Below, one piece after another: positions 43,986 through 54,242 of a DNA stretch of 64,000 bases. The notes below the pieces were generated by a model, which saw only the letters and a list, made by a program, of their open reading frames with translations, was not told the origin of the DNA and did no database searches. The translations under genes and the position numbers were made by a program. The DNA lies in the NCBI GenBank assembly GCA_903901425.1, contig CAIURC010000078.1, positions 29,828 to 93,827 of the forward strand. The letters run 5' to 3'. Every line of letters begins with the position of its first letter. Position 1 is the first letter of the stretch. The DNA comes from an uncultured Spartobacteria bacterium. Its GTDB lineage: Bacteria > Verrucomicrobiota > Verrucomicrobiia > Chthoniobacterales > Chthoniobacteraceae.

Positions 43986-45668
43986 TCAGCGTTGTGCGGG
44001 GCCTGCGGTGGAGGCGGTTGGAGTCCCGGGGGCGCAGGCGTTGCAGCCGGCTTTGCCGATCTGAGCGAAGAAATCGTTGCCCTTGTCGTCCACGAGGATG
44101 AACGCGGGGAAGTTTTCCACCTCGATCTCCCAGACGGCTTCCATGCCCAGCTCCGGGTACTCCAGTACGGACACTTTCCGGATGTTTTCCTGGGCGAGAA
44201 TCGCTGCGGGCCCGCCGATGGAGCCGAGGTAAAAGCCGCCGTACTTTTTGCAGGCCTCGGTGACCTGCGGACTGCGGTTGCCCTTTGCGATCATGACCAT
44301 CGAACCGCCCTGACTCTGGAACAGGTCGACATAGCTGTCCATCCGGCCTGCCGTGGTCGGGCCAAAGGAGCCGGAGGCCATCCCGTGCGGGGTTTTGGCG
44401 GGGCCGGCGTAGTAGACGGGATGTTGTTTGAAATAATCCGGGAGCCCTTGGCCGGCGTCGACGCGTTCCTTGAGTTTGGCATGGGCGATGTCGCGCGCGA
44501 CCACGATCCGGCCGGTGAGAGAAAGTCGGGTGGCCACGGGGTACTGGCTCAACTGGGCCCGGATCTGGTCCATGGGGCGGTTCAGGTCCACATGGACCAC
44601 GCTGCCTTCCTGAGCGTTCCGGTAGCGTTCCGGGATGAACCGGCCCGGGTTGGGCTCAAGTTTTTCCAGCCAGACACCCTCGGCGTTGATCTTCGCCTTG
44701 ATGTTGCGGTCAGCGGAACAGGAGACGCCCATCCCCACGGGACAGGAGGCGCCATGGCGCGGGAGCCGGATAATGCGGAGATCCAGTGCGAAGTATTTGC
44801 CGCCGAACTGGGCGCCAATCCCGAGTTCCTGAGCCGCCTGAAGCAGTTCGGCCTCAAGGGCAGTGTCCCGGAACGCCTGTCCGAGCGCGTTCCCGGTGGT
44901 GGGCAGTTGGTCCAGTTCCTTGGCAGAGGCGAGCTTGACGGTTTTCAGGCAGGCTTCCGCCGAGGTGCCGCCGATCACAAAGGCGATGTGGTACGGAGGA
45001 CAGGCTGCGGTGCCGAGGCTGCGCATTTTTTCCGTCAGGAATGCCTTGAGGTTCTTGGGGTTCAACAGGGCCTTGGTTTCCTGGAAAAGGAAGGTTTTGT
45101 TGGCGGACCCGCCGCCCTTCGCCACGAAGAGGAACTTGTACTCGGCGCCGGGCGTGGCAAAGAGGTCGATCTGGGCGGGCAGGTTCGTGCCGGTGTTTTT
45201 CTCCTCGTACATGTCGAGGGCGGCTGTCTGGGAGTACCGGAGGTTTTCCGAGGTGTAGCAGTTGTAGACCCCGAGGGAGATGGCCTCGGCGTCGTCCGTG
45301 CCGGTCCAGATTTGCTGGCCCTTTTTGCCGATGACGGTGGCGGTGCCGGTGTCCTGGCAGAACGGGAGAATGCCCCGGGAGGAAACCTCGGCGTTTCGGA
45401 GGAGGGTGAGGGCGACGTAGCGGTCATTGTCGCTGGCGGCGGGATCGTCCAGAATGGCGGCCACTTGGGCCAGGTGCGCGGGCCGGAGAAGGAAGGAGCA
45501 GTCATGGAATGCTGCTTGGGTGAGGGCCGTGAGCACTTCCGGGGCGACTTTGAGCACGGGTTTGCCCTCAAACTCGGCCTGCTGCAGGCCGGCATCGCAG
45601 CCGGGCAGCCGGCGGTATTCGGTGGGGTCGGGTCCGAGCGGGAAAGGGTTCTGGTAGACGAATGCCAT
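43986..45668 (-). CDS. fumA: Fumarate hydratase class I (Fe-S)
   Basis: [46 protein letters not shown]. Confidence 0.95.
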   Translation of the reverse strand: MAFVYQNPFPLGPDPTEYRRLPGCDAGLQQAEFEGKPVLKVAPEVLTALTQAAFHDCSFLLRPAHLAQVAAILDDPAASDNDRYVALTLLRNAEVSSRGILPFCQDTGTATVIGKKGQQIWTGTDDAEAISLGVYNCYTSENLRYSQTAALDMYEEKNTGTNLPAQIDLFATPGAEYKFLFVAKGGGSANKTFLFQETKALLNPKNLKAFLTEKMRSLGTAACPPYHIAFVIGGTSAEACLKTVKLASAKELDQLPTTGNALGQAFRDTALEAELLQAAQELGIGAQFGGKYFALDLRIIRLPRHGASCPVGMGVSCSADRNIKAKINAEGVWLEKLEPNPGRFIPERYRNAQEGSVVHVDLNRPMDQIRAQLSQYPVATRLSLTGRIVVARDIAHAKLKERVDAGQGLPDYFKQHPVYYAGPAKTPHGMASGSFGPTTAGRMDSYVDLFQSQGGSMVMIAKGNRSPQVTEACKKYGGFYLGSIGGPAAILAQENIRKVSVLEYPELGMEAVWEIEVENFPAFILVDDKGNDFFAQIGKAGCNACAPGTPTASTAGPAQR

Positions 45669-45809
45669 GGGCGGGAGGCTAGCGGAGCCGGGGTGGGGTC
45701 ACAACCGGGTTTTCGGTGCCGCCGCCAGACAGCCGGTCCCCCAAAAACGCGGGCCTAAGAAAACTGGCTTCACCGGGTTACGCTGAATTGGCGGAACCGA
45801 GTTGTGAAC

Positions 45810-48800
45810 ATGAAACCTGAGACTGAGTGGGAACTGTCCCTGCAAAAGCCCCGTGGGTTTTTGGTGGGCTCATGGCGGGGTGCGGCTTTGCTGGCGGCGG
45901 GCGTTTTGCTGGGTGCGGGGGCGGTCCGCGGGGACGGACCGGCCTGGGGGGACGCCCGGGCGGTCTTGGAAAAACACTGTTACGAGTGTCATGGGGGGAA
46001 GAAAACCAAGGGCGGGGTGGATCTGAAGCGCTTGGACGCCGATCCGAAGGTGGGGAGCGAGTTTGACCTGTGGAACAAGGTTTTGGAGGCGGTGAAATCG
46101 GGGGACATGCCCCCCGATGACCAGCCTCCGCTGCCGGCCGCGGACCGGCAGCGGTCTTTGGACTGGCTGGGCGGGGCCATCGAACAGGCAGTGCGCGCCA
46201 ATGCCGGGGATCCCGGCTTGGTCACGGTGCGCCGGATCACCAACGCCGAATACGATAGGACCCTGCGCGATTTGACGGGTGTGGACCTGCAGTTGTCCCG
46301 GGATTTTGTCCCGGATGGCGGTGGGGGCGAGGGATTCTCGAACGTGGGCGACGTGCTGTTTGTGAGTCCGCAGCAGCTCGACAAATATTTTCTCGCAGCC
46401 CGGAAAGCGGCGGACCACGCCACGATCCTGCCCGGATCCGGGATCGGATTCCGCCGGGAGCGCGTGGGGTTGCGCGGGCCGGTGCAGATGAAGGCGCAGG
46501 TGGAGCAGGGGCTTTACGTCTGGTACCAGAAGATGGCCGCCCCGTTCCTGCCCAAGGACGGCGAAGACCAGCGGGAAGCGGATTACATGCTGGCCTGCTG
46601 GAAGTTCAAACACCGGGACGTGACCGGAGCGGAGTCCTTGAAACAACTGGCAGACGCAGCGGGCTTGGTGCCGGCTTTTTTGGAAAACTGGTGGGAACTG
46701 CTGCAAAATCCGGAGCCGAAGTCCCGGTTTCTAGATTTGACCCGGGTGGCATGGCGCGAACTGCCCGGACCCGCGGCGGACAAATCGGTTCCGCCGGAGG
46801 TGATAGACAGGATCGGGAAGATCCAGGCGGACCAGCGGTCCTGGCTGGGGCCTGCCGACAATCCCGGGACGGGCGTCCAGAGGCGGCAGCAGGACGCGGA
46901 CGGGTTGCGGGAGTATCCGATCCATCTGGCGGTGACCGGGTTGCCCGAGGTGCATCTGGTGGCTGGAGACTGCGGGGACGGCAATGCGGGTGACTGGGTG
47001 GAATTTTCGGGTCTGGAGGTCCAGCACGGCAAGGGGGGCAAAGTCCGGCAGCCCTATGTGGACTGGCTGCGCGGACAGCTCGACCGGGACCGGGCATGGC
47101 TGGCTTTTGATCAGGATGCGGAACGGCAGGGGCCGCGTCCGCGTCTGGAGGGCGTCCGGGAACGGGTTTCTGTAGGGGAAGCATTTTTGGCGCGGTTGGG
47201 GAAACACGCACTGGGTCTGGAGGCGAAGCCAGTCAGCGTTTATGTGCAGGCACCGACGGATCTGGTGTTGCCGCTACCGGCCGATGCCGCGCTGTTCCGA
47301 GCCGTGGGCCGGCTCGACCTGCGGGTGCCGGACGTGGAAAAGGCAACGGCTCAATGGACGCTCCTGAAGGGGCCGGTGCCAGACCTGACCCGGATTCTGC
47401 CCGGGGTTTTGACGGTCTGGAAAACCCAGACGGAGGCCGCCCGAAAAACGATGCAGGATTTCGGGGCGATGCGGACCGTGTTTCCCGACGAGTACGTGCG
47501 GCGGTTGGAAGAGGTCGCGCGAAACTTTCACCGGGGCGGGAAAGGCCGCGGCGTGTATTACCTGAATGACACGCAGCTGCTGGGAATGGTGCCGGAACCG
47601 GAGAAAGCCCGGTGGGAGAAAATGATTGCGGACTGGCGGCTGGTGGCGCCCGGGAAACTCAATCCGAAACAGGAAACGGACTGGGATGCGGCTTTGAAAC
47701 GGCACATGGGGGAATTTGCGGCGCTGGCATGGCGGCGCCCGCTGGCTGCCGATGAGCAGGCACAGCTGGAGGGATTGTATGCGGCGGCACGTGCCCGGGA
47801 ATTGGACCGGGAAAGTGCGGTGCGCGAGGTGTTGGTCCGGGTGCTGGTGGCGCCCCAGTTTTTGTTCAAGCTGGAGGACGCCTCGCAGCCTGGGGAACGG
47901 CCGCTGGACGCCTGGGAACTCGCCTCCCGCCTGAGTTACACCCTCTGGGCGTCGATGCCGGACCCGGCCTTGCGCGCAGCGGCGGCGGACGGCAGCCTGC
48001 TCCGGCCGGAAGTGCTGGAGCGGGAGACCCGCCGGATGTTGAAGGACGCCCGTGCTGCTGCGTTGGCGGAAGAGTTTGCAGGGCAGTGGCTGCGGTTCAA
48101 CGCGTTTGAATCGAAGGTGAACATTGATCCGGCAAAGTTTCCGGAGTTCACTCCGGACCTGCGTGCAGACATGTACCGGGAAGCGGTGGAGTTTTTCACG
48201 CATCTGATCCGGGAAGATCGGCCGGTGCGGGAGATCTGCGGGGCAGACTACACGTTTTTGAATGAGCGCCTTGCCGGATTTTATGGGGTGCCTGAGGTGA
48301 AGGGGGGCGAGTTCCGAAAGGTGTCGGTGGCAGGGAACGGCCGGGGCGGCGTGCTCGGGATGGGAGCGCTCCTTTCCAAGCACTCGTATCCGCACCGGAC
48401 CAGCCCGGTGCTGCGCGGGAACTGGCTGCTGGACGCCGTGCTCGGCGCGCCGACGCCGCCTCCGCCCAACGATGTGCCGAAGCTGGATGAGGGTGCAGAA
48501 AAGCCGGCTTCGTTGCGGGCGCGGTTGGAAATGCACCGGGCGGACCGTGCCTGTGCGGTGTGCCATGACCGGATGGATCCGCTGGGGTTTGCGCTGGAGG
48601 GATTCGATCCCGTGGGCCGGCTCAGGAAGGCGGACGATTCCGGGCATCCGGTGGACGACCGGGCCCAGTGGAAGAACGGGCCTGCCTTCCAGGGTGTAGC
48701 GGGGTTGCGTCAGTTTCTCGGGAGCCGGCAGGGGGAGTTGGACCGGCAGTTCTGCCGGAAACTGCTGGGGTACGCTCTGGGCCGCACGCTGTTGGCGACC

Positions 48801-48926
48801 GACCGCCCGTTGGTGGAGGAAATGGTGCGTGAATTGAACGCGCACGAAGGCCGTTTTTCTGCTGGAATCCTAGCGGTGGTGAAGAGCCGCCAGTTTAAGA
48901 ACCGTCGAACCGAGGCATTGCCATGA
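45810..48926 (+). CDS. DUF1592/1588/1585-type (PSD) protein with two c-type heme motifs
   Basis: CYECH, MPP, RRITNAEY, ELASRLSY.LW.SMPD, FAGQWL, TSPVLRG.W, CAVCH..MDPLGFALE. Confidence 0.88.
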   Translation: MKPETEWELSLQKPRGFLVGSWRGAALLAAGVLLGAGAVRGDGPAWGDARAVLEKHCYECHGGKKTKGGVDLKRLDADPKVGSEFDLWNKVLEAVKSGDMPPDDQPPLPAADRQRSLDWLGGAIEQAVRANAGDPGLVTVRRITNAEYDRTLRDLTGVDLQLSRDFVPDGGGGEGFSNVGDVLFVSPQQLDKYFLAARKAADHATILPGSGIGFRRERVGLRGPVQMKAQVEQGLYVWYQKMAAPFLPKDGEDQREADYMLACWKFKHRDVTGAESLKQLADAAGLVPAFLENWWELLQNPEPKSRFLDLTRVAWRELPGPAADKSVPPEVIDRIGKIQADQRSWLGPADNPGTGVQRRQQDADGLREYPIHLAVTGLPEVHLVAGDCGDGNAGDWVEFSGLEVQHGKGGKVRQPYVDWLRGQLDRDRAWLAFDQDAERQGPRPRLEGVRERVSVGEAFLARLGKHALGLEAKPVSVYVQAPTDLVLPLPADAALFRAVGRLDLRVPDVEKATAQWTLLKGPVPDLTRILPGVLTVWKTQTEAARKTMQDFGAMRTVFPDEYVRRLEEVARNFHRGGKGRGVYYLNDTQLLGMVPEPEKARWEKMIADWRLVAPGKLNPKQETDWDAALKRHMGEFAALAWRRPLAADEQAQLEGLYAAARARELDRESAVREVLVRVLVAPQFLFKLEDASQPGERPLDAWELASRLSYTLWASMPDPALRAAAADGSLLRPEVLERETRRMLKDARAAALAEEFAGQWLRFNAFESKVNIDPAKFPEFTPDLRADMYREAVEFFTHLIREDRPVREICGADYTFLNERLAGFYGVPEVKGGEFRKVSVAGNGRGGVLGMGALLSKHSYPHRTSPVLRGNWLLDAVLGAPTPPPPNDVPKLDEGAEKPASLRARLEMHRADRACAVCHDRMDPLGFALEGFDPVGRLRKADDSGHPVDDRAQWKNGPAFQGVAGLRQFLGSRQGELDRQFCRKLLGYALGRTLLATDRPLVEEMVRELNAHEGRFSAGILAVVKSRQFKNRRTEALP

Positions 48927-50275
48927 AAAACCTGCATCCGAACACCACGATTTCGAGGCGCCGTTTTCTGCGCGGCATGGGGGTGGCGTTGAGCCTGCCT
49001 TGGTTGGAGAGCGTCAACGCATGGGGGGCGGCGCCGGGTTCGGGCGGGGCCAGCGGCGCGCCGCGGCGGTTGGCAGCGGTGTTCATGGGGAACGGCGTGA
49101 ACCCGCACCATTGGGGCGCCGTGAACGGGCCGGGCGGCCTGGAACTGATGAAGAGTCTTTCGCCCTTGGAGAGCCTGAAAGACCGGCTGCTGGTGTTCAA
49201 AGGGCTTTGGAATCCGACGACCGTCATGGGGCCGGGCGGGCATTACCCGAAGATGAATGTGCTCTCCGGACTGAAAGTGAAACAGACGACCACCGACGTG
49301 GAGGTCGGCGTCACTGTGGACCAGTTGGTTGCCCGCGAGGTTGGCCGCCACACCCCGGTTTCGAGCATCGTCCTCGGTACCGAAGGCCCCGGGTACAGCA
49401 CGGACAGCGGATACACGTCGATCTATTCCGCCTACATCTCCTGGGCGTCCCCCACCACACCCGCTCCGAAAGAAATCTATCCACAACAGGCGTTCGACCA
49501 GTTGTTCGATGACGGCTCCCAGCGGAAACGGGACAAGAGCGTTTTGGACTTGGTGTTGGAAGACGCCAATTCCCTGAAGCGGAAGGTCAGCGGACGCGAT
49601 GCGCGCAAACTGGACGAGTATTTCACTTCGGTCCGGGAATTGGAGCAGCGGATTGAAAAAGCGGAACAGTTCAGCCAGCAGAACACGGGGGGGGCCGGCT
49701 GGCAGCCGAGTGTCCAGAAGCCGGGCTTTGCGCGGCCTGCAGCGGGAATCCCGGCCACGCCACAGGACCATGTCCGGCTGATGTTCGACATTCTGGTGCT
49801 GGCGTTCCAGATGGACCGGACCCGGGTCGCGACCTACATGATGAACAACGACCTTTCCAACATGAACTTCGGGTTCCTGGAGGGGATCAAAAGCGGGATC
49901 CATGAGCTCTCGCATCACGCGAATGACCCGGGCCGGCTCGATCACTACCAGCGGGTGAACCAGCATCACATGCAGCTCTGGGCTGAGGCCCTCCAGAAGA
50001 TGGCCGACACCAACGAGGGCGAACGGTCTCTCCTCGACAACAGCATGATCCTCTTCTGTTCCAGCCTCTGGGACGGCAACGCCCATGATTCGCGCCAGTT
50101 GCCCGTGCTCCTCGCCGGTGGTGGCGGTGGGACGATTCGCGGCGGCCGGCTTCTGGACTACAGCGCGACCGAGGACCGGCGTCTGTGCCGGTTGCACCTT
50201 GCGTTGATGGAACGGATGGGGGTGCGTACCGACCGGTTCGGAGACGCCGATTCCGCCCTGCCGGACCTCGGTTGA
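48923..50275 (+). CDS. DUF1552 (HXXSHH) protein with Tat-like leader
   Basis: SRRRFLRG, LPWLES, KSVLD, AFQMDRTRV, HELSHH, LLDNS; 4-bp overlap with the upstream gene. Confidence 0.9.
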   Translation: MKNLHPNTTISRRRFLRGMGVALSLPWLESVNAWGAAPGSGGASGAPRRLAAVFMGNGVNPHHWGAVNGPGGLELMKSLSPLESLKDRLLVFKGLWNPTTVMGPGGHYPKMNVLSGLKVKQTTTDVEVGVTVDQLVAREVGRHTPVSSIVLGTEGPGYSTDSGYTSIYSAYISWASPTTPAPKEIYPQQAFDQLFDDGSQRKRDKSVLDLVLEDANSLKRKVSGRDARKLDEYFTSVRELEQRIEKAEQFSQQNTGGAGWQPSVQKPGFARPAAGIPATPQDHVRLMFDILVLAFQMDRTRVATYMMNNDLSNMNFGFLEGIKSGIHELSHHANDPGRLDHYQRVNQHHMQLWAEALQKMADTNEGERSLLDNSMILFCSSLWDGNAHDSRQLPVLLAGGGGGTIRGGRLLDYSATEDRRLCRLHLALMERMGVRTDRFGDADSALPDLG

Positions 50276-50287
50276 GCCCACGGGCCA

Positions 50288-51991
50288 ATGCCCCTCTGGA
50301 TTTACAACCGGCCGCCCTCCGAGACCCCGACCAGTGAGCGGGACACCGCCGCGCATTGGCAACGTTTGCCAGCGGGGTTCAGAATCCGCTGGGGGTACAG
50401 TTTTCAGGATGGTGCTACTTGGCGGGAGGGAGACTTTGTGATTCAGGGCCCGGAAGGGCATCTGCTGGTCGTGGAGGCGAAGTCGGGCGCCCCGGAGCCG
50501 GACCCTGCCACTGGGGAATGGAATACGGAGGACGGGTCGAACCCGGTGCTGCAACTGGAGAAGCAGTGGAGCGGCGTGGTGCGGATGGTTCGTGAGGAAG
50601 CATACCAGATGGGCATCCGCGCACCATGGGTCGCGCAGGCGCTGGCCTTGCCCCACGTGGAAATGGACGCCGACCAGTTCGGGTTCGCTGGCGGATCCCG
50701 GCACCGAATCCTTGCAGGGACGGATCTGAAGTATTTTAAGGACTGGTGGGCCAGCCTCATGGACGGGAGACGGCTGGGATCCACTCTCGGAGAGGCGCAG
50801 AGCCTGTTCGACCGGCTTTTTGTGAAGGGCAAGCCGGCCGGCTCAAACACATGGACGCTGGACTTCGCTGACCGCCTGATCGAACGCCAGACGCGGACGC
50901 AGTTTGAAGTGCTCGACGCCCTTGAGTTTCACAGCCAGTTCCTGTTCCGGGGCGGGCCGGGCACCGGGAAGACTTGGGTTGCGCTGGAACTGGCCAGACG
51001 CTGGACGGCTGCCGGGCGACGCGTCCTGTTTCTGTGTTACAATCTGGAGCTCGAACGCTGGTTGCGGACGGTATGCGGTCGGCTTGCCCCTGGCGTTGCC
51101 GTCTACAGTTTCGAGTCGCTGGGGACCGAGTTTCTGGGCTGCAGCGCACCCCCGGCCGATCCAGCCGCGCGCCGCGCGTACTACGACGCGGTGCTTCCCC
51201 AGTGCATGGTCCAGCGGGTGCAGGCAGACGACTTCCAGCCCAGTTTTGATGCATGGATCGTGGACGAGGCTCAGGATCATGACACCGCCCCTGATCCTTC
51301 GGATGCGGGGCCTGGTTGGTGGGGCATTTACACGGGTCTAGTCCGGGGCGGCTGGGAGGCGCCCATCGCGGTGTTCGCCGATGGACGCCAGCGGCTGGCG
51401 CGTCGCCAGGGCGCGTATGACGAGAGCCGTCTTCTGGAACGGTTGCCCGGCATCGTGCAGGTCGTTCTGAAGCGGCCGCTCCGGTACACCCGTCAGTTAG
51501 CGGAGTTTTTTGCAGGCATGTCTGGCTGGCTCTGGCCCGAGATGGCCGCATGGAACGCTGGATCCGGCCTGCCGGAAGGGCCCGAACCGGAATTGCTCGA
51601 GGCCCGTTCGGATGCGGAGGAAGCCGCCCGGGTGGCCGAGGTTCTGGAAAGATGGTTCCGGCTCAAGCTGGTGGTTCCTGCGGATGTGCTGTTGCTGTAT
51701 CCGAGCAGTTCGCGGATCCCACCATGGTTGGGCGCGGTGCCCGGCATCGTCTTTCACGCGGGAGCCGAGGGTTGCCCGCCGGAGGCGGTGGCTGCGGTGT
51801 CCGTCCACAAGGCAAAAGGCCTGGACAAGCGGGCCGTGGTTCTGGTCGGGCTGCCGCCCTGGGAAGCGCTGTGCTCGGATCCGTATCTGGCGCAGACCTA
51901 CGGCATCGGCGTGACGCGCGCACAGCAACTTCTCTGTGTGGTTTCGAGAAGCGATTTGGGCACCATCTCAAACGGGGTTTCACCTGCATAA
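50288..51991 (+). CDS. NERD nuclease fused to superfamily 1 (UvrD-like) helicase
   Basis: EGDFV...VVEAKSG (PD-(D/E)xK), GGPGTGKT, LCYN, VDEAQD, SVHKAKGLD, GVTRA. Confidence 0.85.
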   Translation: MPLWIYNRPPSETPTSERDTAAHWQRLPAGFRIRWGYSFQDGATWREGDFVIQGPEGHLLVVEAKSGAPEPDPATGEWNTEDGSNPVLQLEKQWSGVVRMVREEAYQMGIRAPWVAQALALPHVEMDADQFGFAGGSRHRILAGTDLKYFKDWWASLMDGRRLGSTLGEAQSLFDRLFVKGKPAGSNTWTLDFADRLIERQTRTQFEVLDALEFHSQFLFRGGPGTGKTWVALELARRWTAAGRRVLFLCYNLELERWLRTVCGRLAPGVAVYSFESLGTEFLGCSAPPADPAARRAYYDAVLPQCMVQRVQADDFQPSFDAWIVDEAQDHDTAPDPSDAGPGWWGIYTGLVRGGWEAPIAVFADGRQRLARRQGAYDESRLLERLPGIVQVVLKRPLRYTRQLAEFFAGMSGWLWPEMAAWNAGSGLPEGPEPELLEARSDAEEAARVAEVLERWFRLKLVVPADVLLLYPSSSRIPPWLGAVPGIVFHAGAEGCPPEAVAAVSVHKAKGLDKRAVVLVGLPPWEALCSDPYLAQTYGIGVTRAQQLLCVVSRSDLGTISNGVSPA

Positions 51992-52125
51992 ACGACACGC
52001 CTGAACGGGCGGAAAAACGCGCGCGATCGCAGCTGAGATCGAAGAAGTGCGGTGTGCCTTAAAACGTGGGCAAAGAGCGGCAGGGCGCTCGTGATTTCTG
52101 CCGTAACGGCGATCGCTAAACACGC

Positions 52126-53973
52126 CTATCCGCGGCCCCGGATTTTGTCGACGAGGAGCGAGGTGGGCTGGCTGCTGAGTCGTTTCCACATCTTGGAAAA
52201 ATCCTGTTCCGAGCCGACAAAAAGCTCCCCCAAGTTTGAGCTGAGTGCATTCGCGATTTCCTGTTGCCGCGCGGCCCGGATTTTGGACGAGCCTCTGGCT
52301 GCGCCGCCAAATCTGAGGATCACCACGTGGAGAGGCGGCGCGCCAACCAGATGGACGAGGGACTTCTGCCCGACCCGGGCTTCCACAATATCTCCATGGG
52401 ACTCGAGAAATGCGCTGGTCCATGCGATCTGGTCCGGGGTGAGTTCATGGGGAAGAAGCACGTCCTCTTTCCTCAGAGCATTCCTCTCCAGCTTTGCCGC
52501 GTCCAGTTCGTCTTCAAACGCAATGAGCCGGACGAGCGTTTTCTGGCTGGCCTCGCGGTTTCCTCTGCGGCTCTGGTAGCCAATCAGGCCGTTCAGGATC
52601 CCGCCCTGCAGATGCGGGAACGCGCGGATCACCGACTCGACGATCTCCTCCGCGTCCGGTTTGTCGCATTCACAGCACAGCGCTGCGTACCGGGCGTGAA
52701 GATCCCCCTCCTTGGGCTTGTCTGCCCGGCAGCGGTCCATCAGCGGGAGTGCCTCGGTTTCGCGCTCTAAATTCAGGAGCGCAATCGCCCGCAGTTGGGC
52801 GGACTCCAGAGTGCCGTCGTCCTGCATCGTGACTTGCAGGAGGGACATTTTGCGGTCCTCCCTCCGCTTCTTCCACGCATCGTTCCATGCCACCTTGGTT
52901 CGGAGCGCGAACTCCTTCGACAACGGTTCGAAGTGATCTCCGAGAAAATAGGCGGCAGCCGAAGCACCCGGGTCTGGCGGTGGCGCGGATGTCGCCAGTT
53001 CGATCTCAGTGGCACCAAACTGGAGTTCCGAGAGAGGCGGGTGGACCTCGAAAAGGTTGTCCGGTCGGTGCAACGCCTCGTGAATCCAGCCGCGGGCCTT
53101 GGCTGGATCCCAGCTCTCCCGCGCATGCAGGGCGCGGAGTTGGAAATAGTCGTCCGGGGGTTCAGCGCGTTCGTCGATGAGCGTCCCGCACCACCGGTCC
53201 GTGTCCTTGCCGAGGAGCGCATGGGCGAGAACGGTGACGCGGAGCCGGGACGGGACCGTGCCTGGGAAGAGCTGGTCGCAGGCGGCGTCCGCCTTGCGTT
53301 CGGCGCACCGTCCGTCGGCAAGGGTCCATGCGCGGAGGCGTGGCCAGAACCAACGGCCGAACCTGCGCCAAAGGAAGTTGTTGTTTTTGGAATTGTCAGC
53401 ATCGCCATGGACGCCGGCGAGCCATGCGGCGGTAAGGCGGTGGAGGAGGCGGCCCCAGAAGTCGTCCTGTGCTTTGAGATGGCCACATTCGTGGGCCAGA
53501 ACGCCGCGGAATTCGTCCGGAGTCATGGACAGCATCAACGGCAGACCCACGCGCAGCACGGGTGCACCTCCAAAAATCCCGGGCTTGGACAGAAACACAG
53601 CCGCATTCACGTCCTCGCTGATCTCAAACCGGGCCGGTGTGCGTCGGCAGCCGAGTTGGCGGCAGATCTTGGCTACTTCCTCAAAAAGCAGGGGTGCTTC
53701 CTTTTGGGTGAGCACGCGGCCAAGCATTTCCGGAGTGTTCGCCCGGAACGCGCGGAACAGGAACGGGCCGGACCAGACAAGCAGAACGATGCCGGGAACG
53801 ACTTTCCTAGAGAGGAGGCAGGCCAATCCCAAACCAAACACGCCGAGCACCAGCGGGAGATGGAGCGATGCCATGAACAGGCTCTGGAAACGGATCCGGC
53901 CCGGGGAGTGTTTTTCAAGAATCTCCCGGACCTTGTGGTAGGTCTTGGTGAGCGGTGTTTCGTGCGGCTTCAT
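52126..53973 (-). CDS. M48 family zinc metalloprotease with helical C-terminal extension
   Basis: N-terminal TMs, VNAAV, GVLAHECGH, ERKAD, HPP; ATG 53973. Confidence 0.85.
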   Translation of the reverse strand: MKPHETPLTKTYHKVREILEKHSPGRIRFQSLFMASLHLPLVLGVFGLGLACLLSRKVVPGIVLLVWSGPFLFRAFRANTPEMLGRVLTQKEAPLLFEEVAKICRQLGCRRTPARFEISEDVNAAVFLSKPGIFGGAPVLRVGLPLMLSMTPDEFRGVLAHECGHLKAQDDFWGRLLHRLTAAWLAGVHGDADNSKNNNFLWRRFGRWFWPRLRAWTLADGRCAERKADAACDQLFPGTVPSRLRVTVLAHALLGKDTDRWCGTLIDERAEPPDDYFQLRALHARESWDPAKARGWIHEALHRPDNLFEVHPPLSELQFGATEIELATSAPPPDPGASAAAYFLGDHFEPLSKEFALRTKVAWNDAWKKRREDRKMSLLQVTMQDDGTLESAQLRAIALLNLERETEALPLMDRCRADKPKEGDLHARYAALCCECDKPDAEEIVESVIRAFPHLQGGILNGLIGYQSRRGNREASQKTLVRLIAFEDELDAAKLERNALRKEDVLLPHELTPDQIAWTSAFLESHGDIVEARVGQKSLVHLVGAPPLHVVILRFGGAARGSSKIRAARQQEIANALSSNLGELFVGSEQDFSKMWKRLSSQPTSLLVDKIRGRG

Positions 53974-54242
53974 TCGTTTCCAGTGGCGTGAACTCGATTC
54001 CGGTTGCCGGCCAGAAAACATCCGGTTCCCCCGGCCACATTCGGAGGGCGGAACGTAGCGGTGGTTTCACCCGGCGCAAATCCGAAAGCGCAGTCTAGTC
54101 GCAGGACAGAGCGGTTGTCGCATGAAAGTTGAGGACGTCCCGAGGAAAAGCGCGTTCTGAACTGTTGGCGCAACTCTCCGGCGCCCACAGGGTTGAATCC
54201 CGTATGCAATCGCCGTTCTTTCCCCGTTCACTGGCCCGCCGC

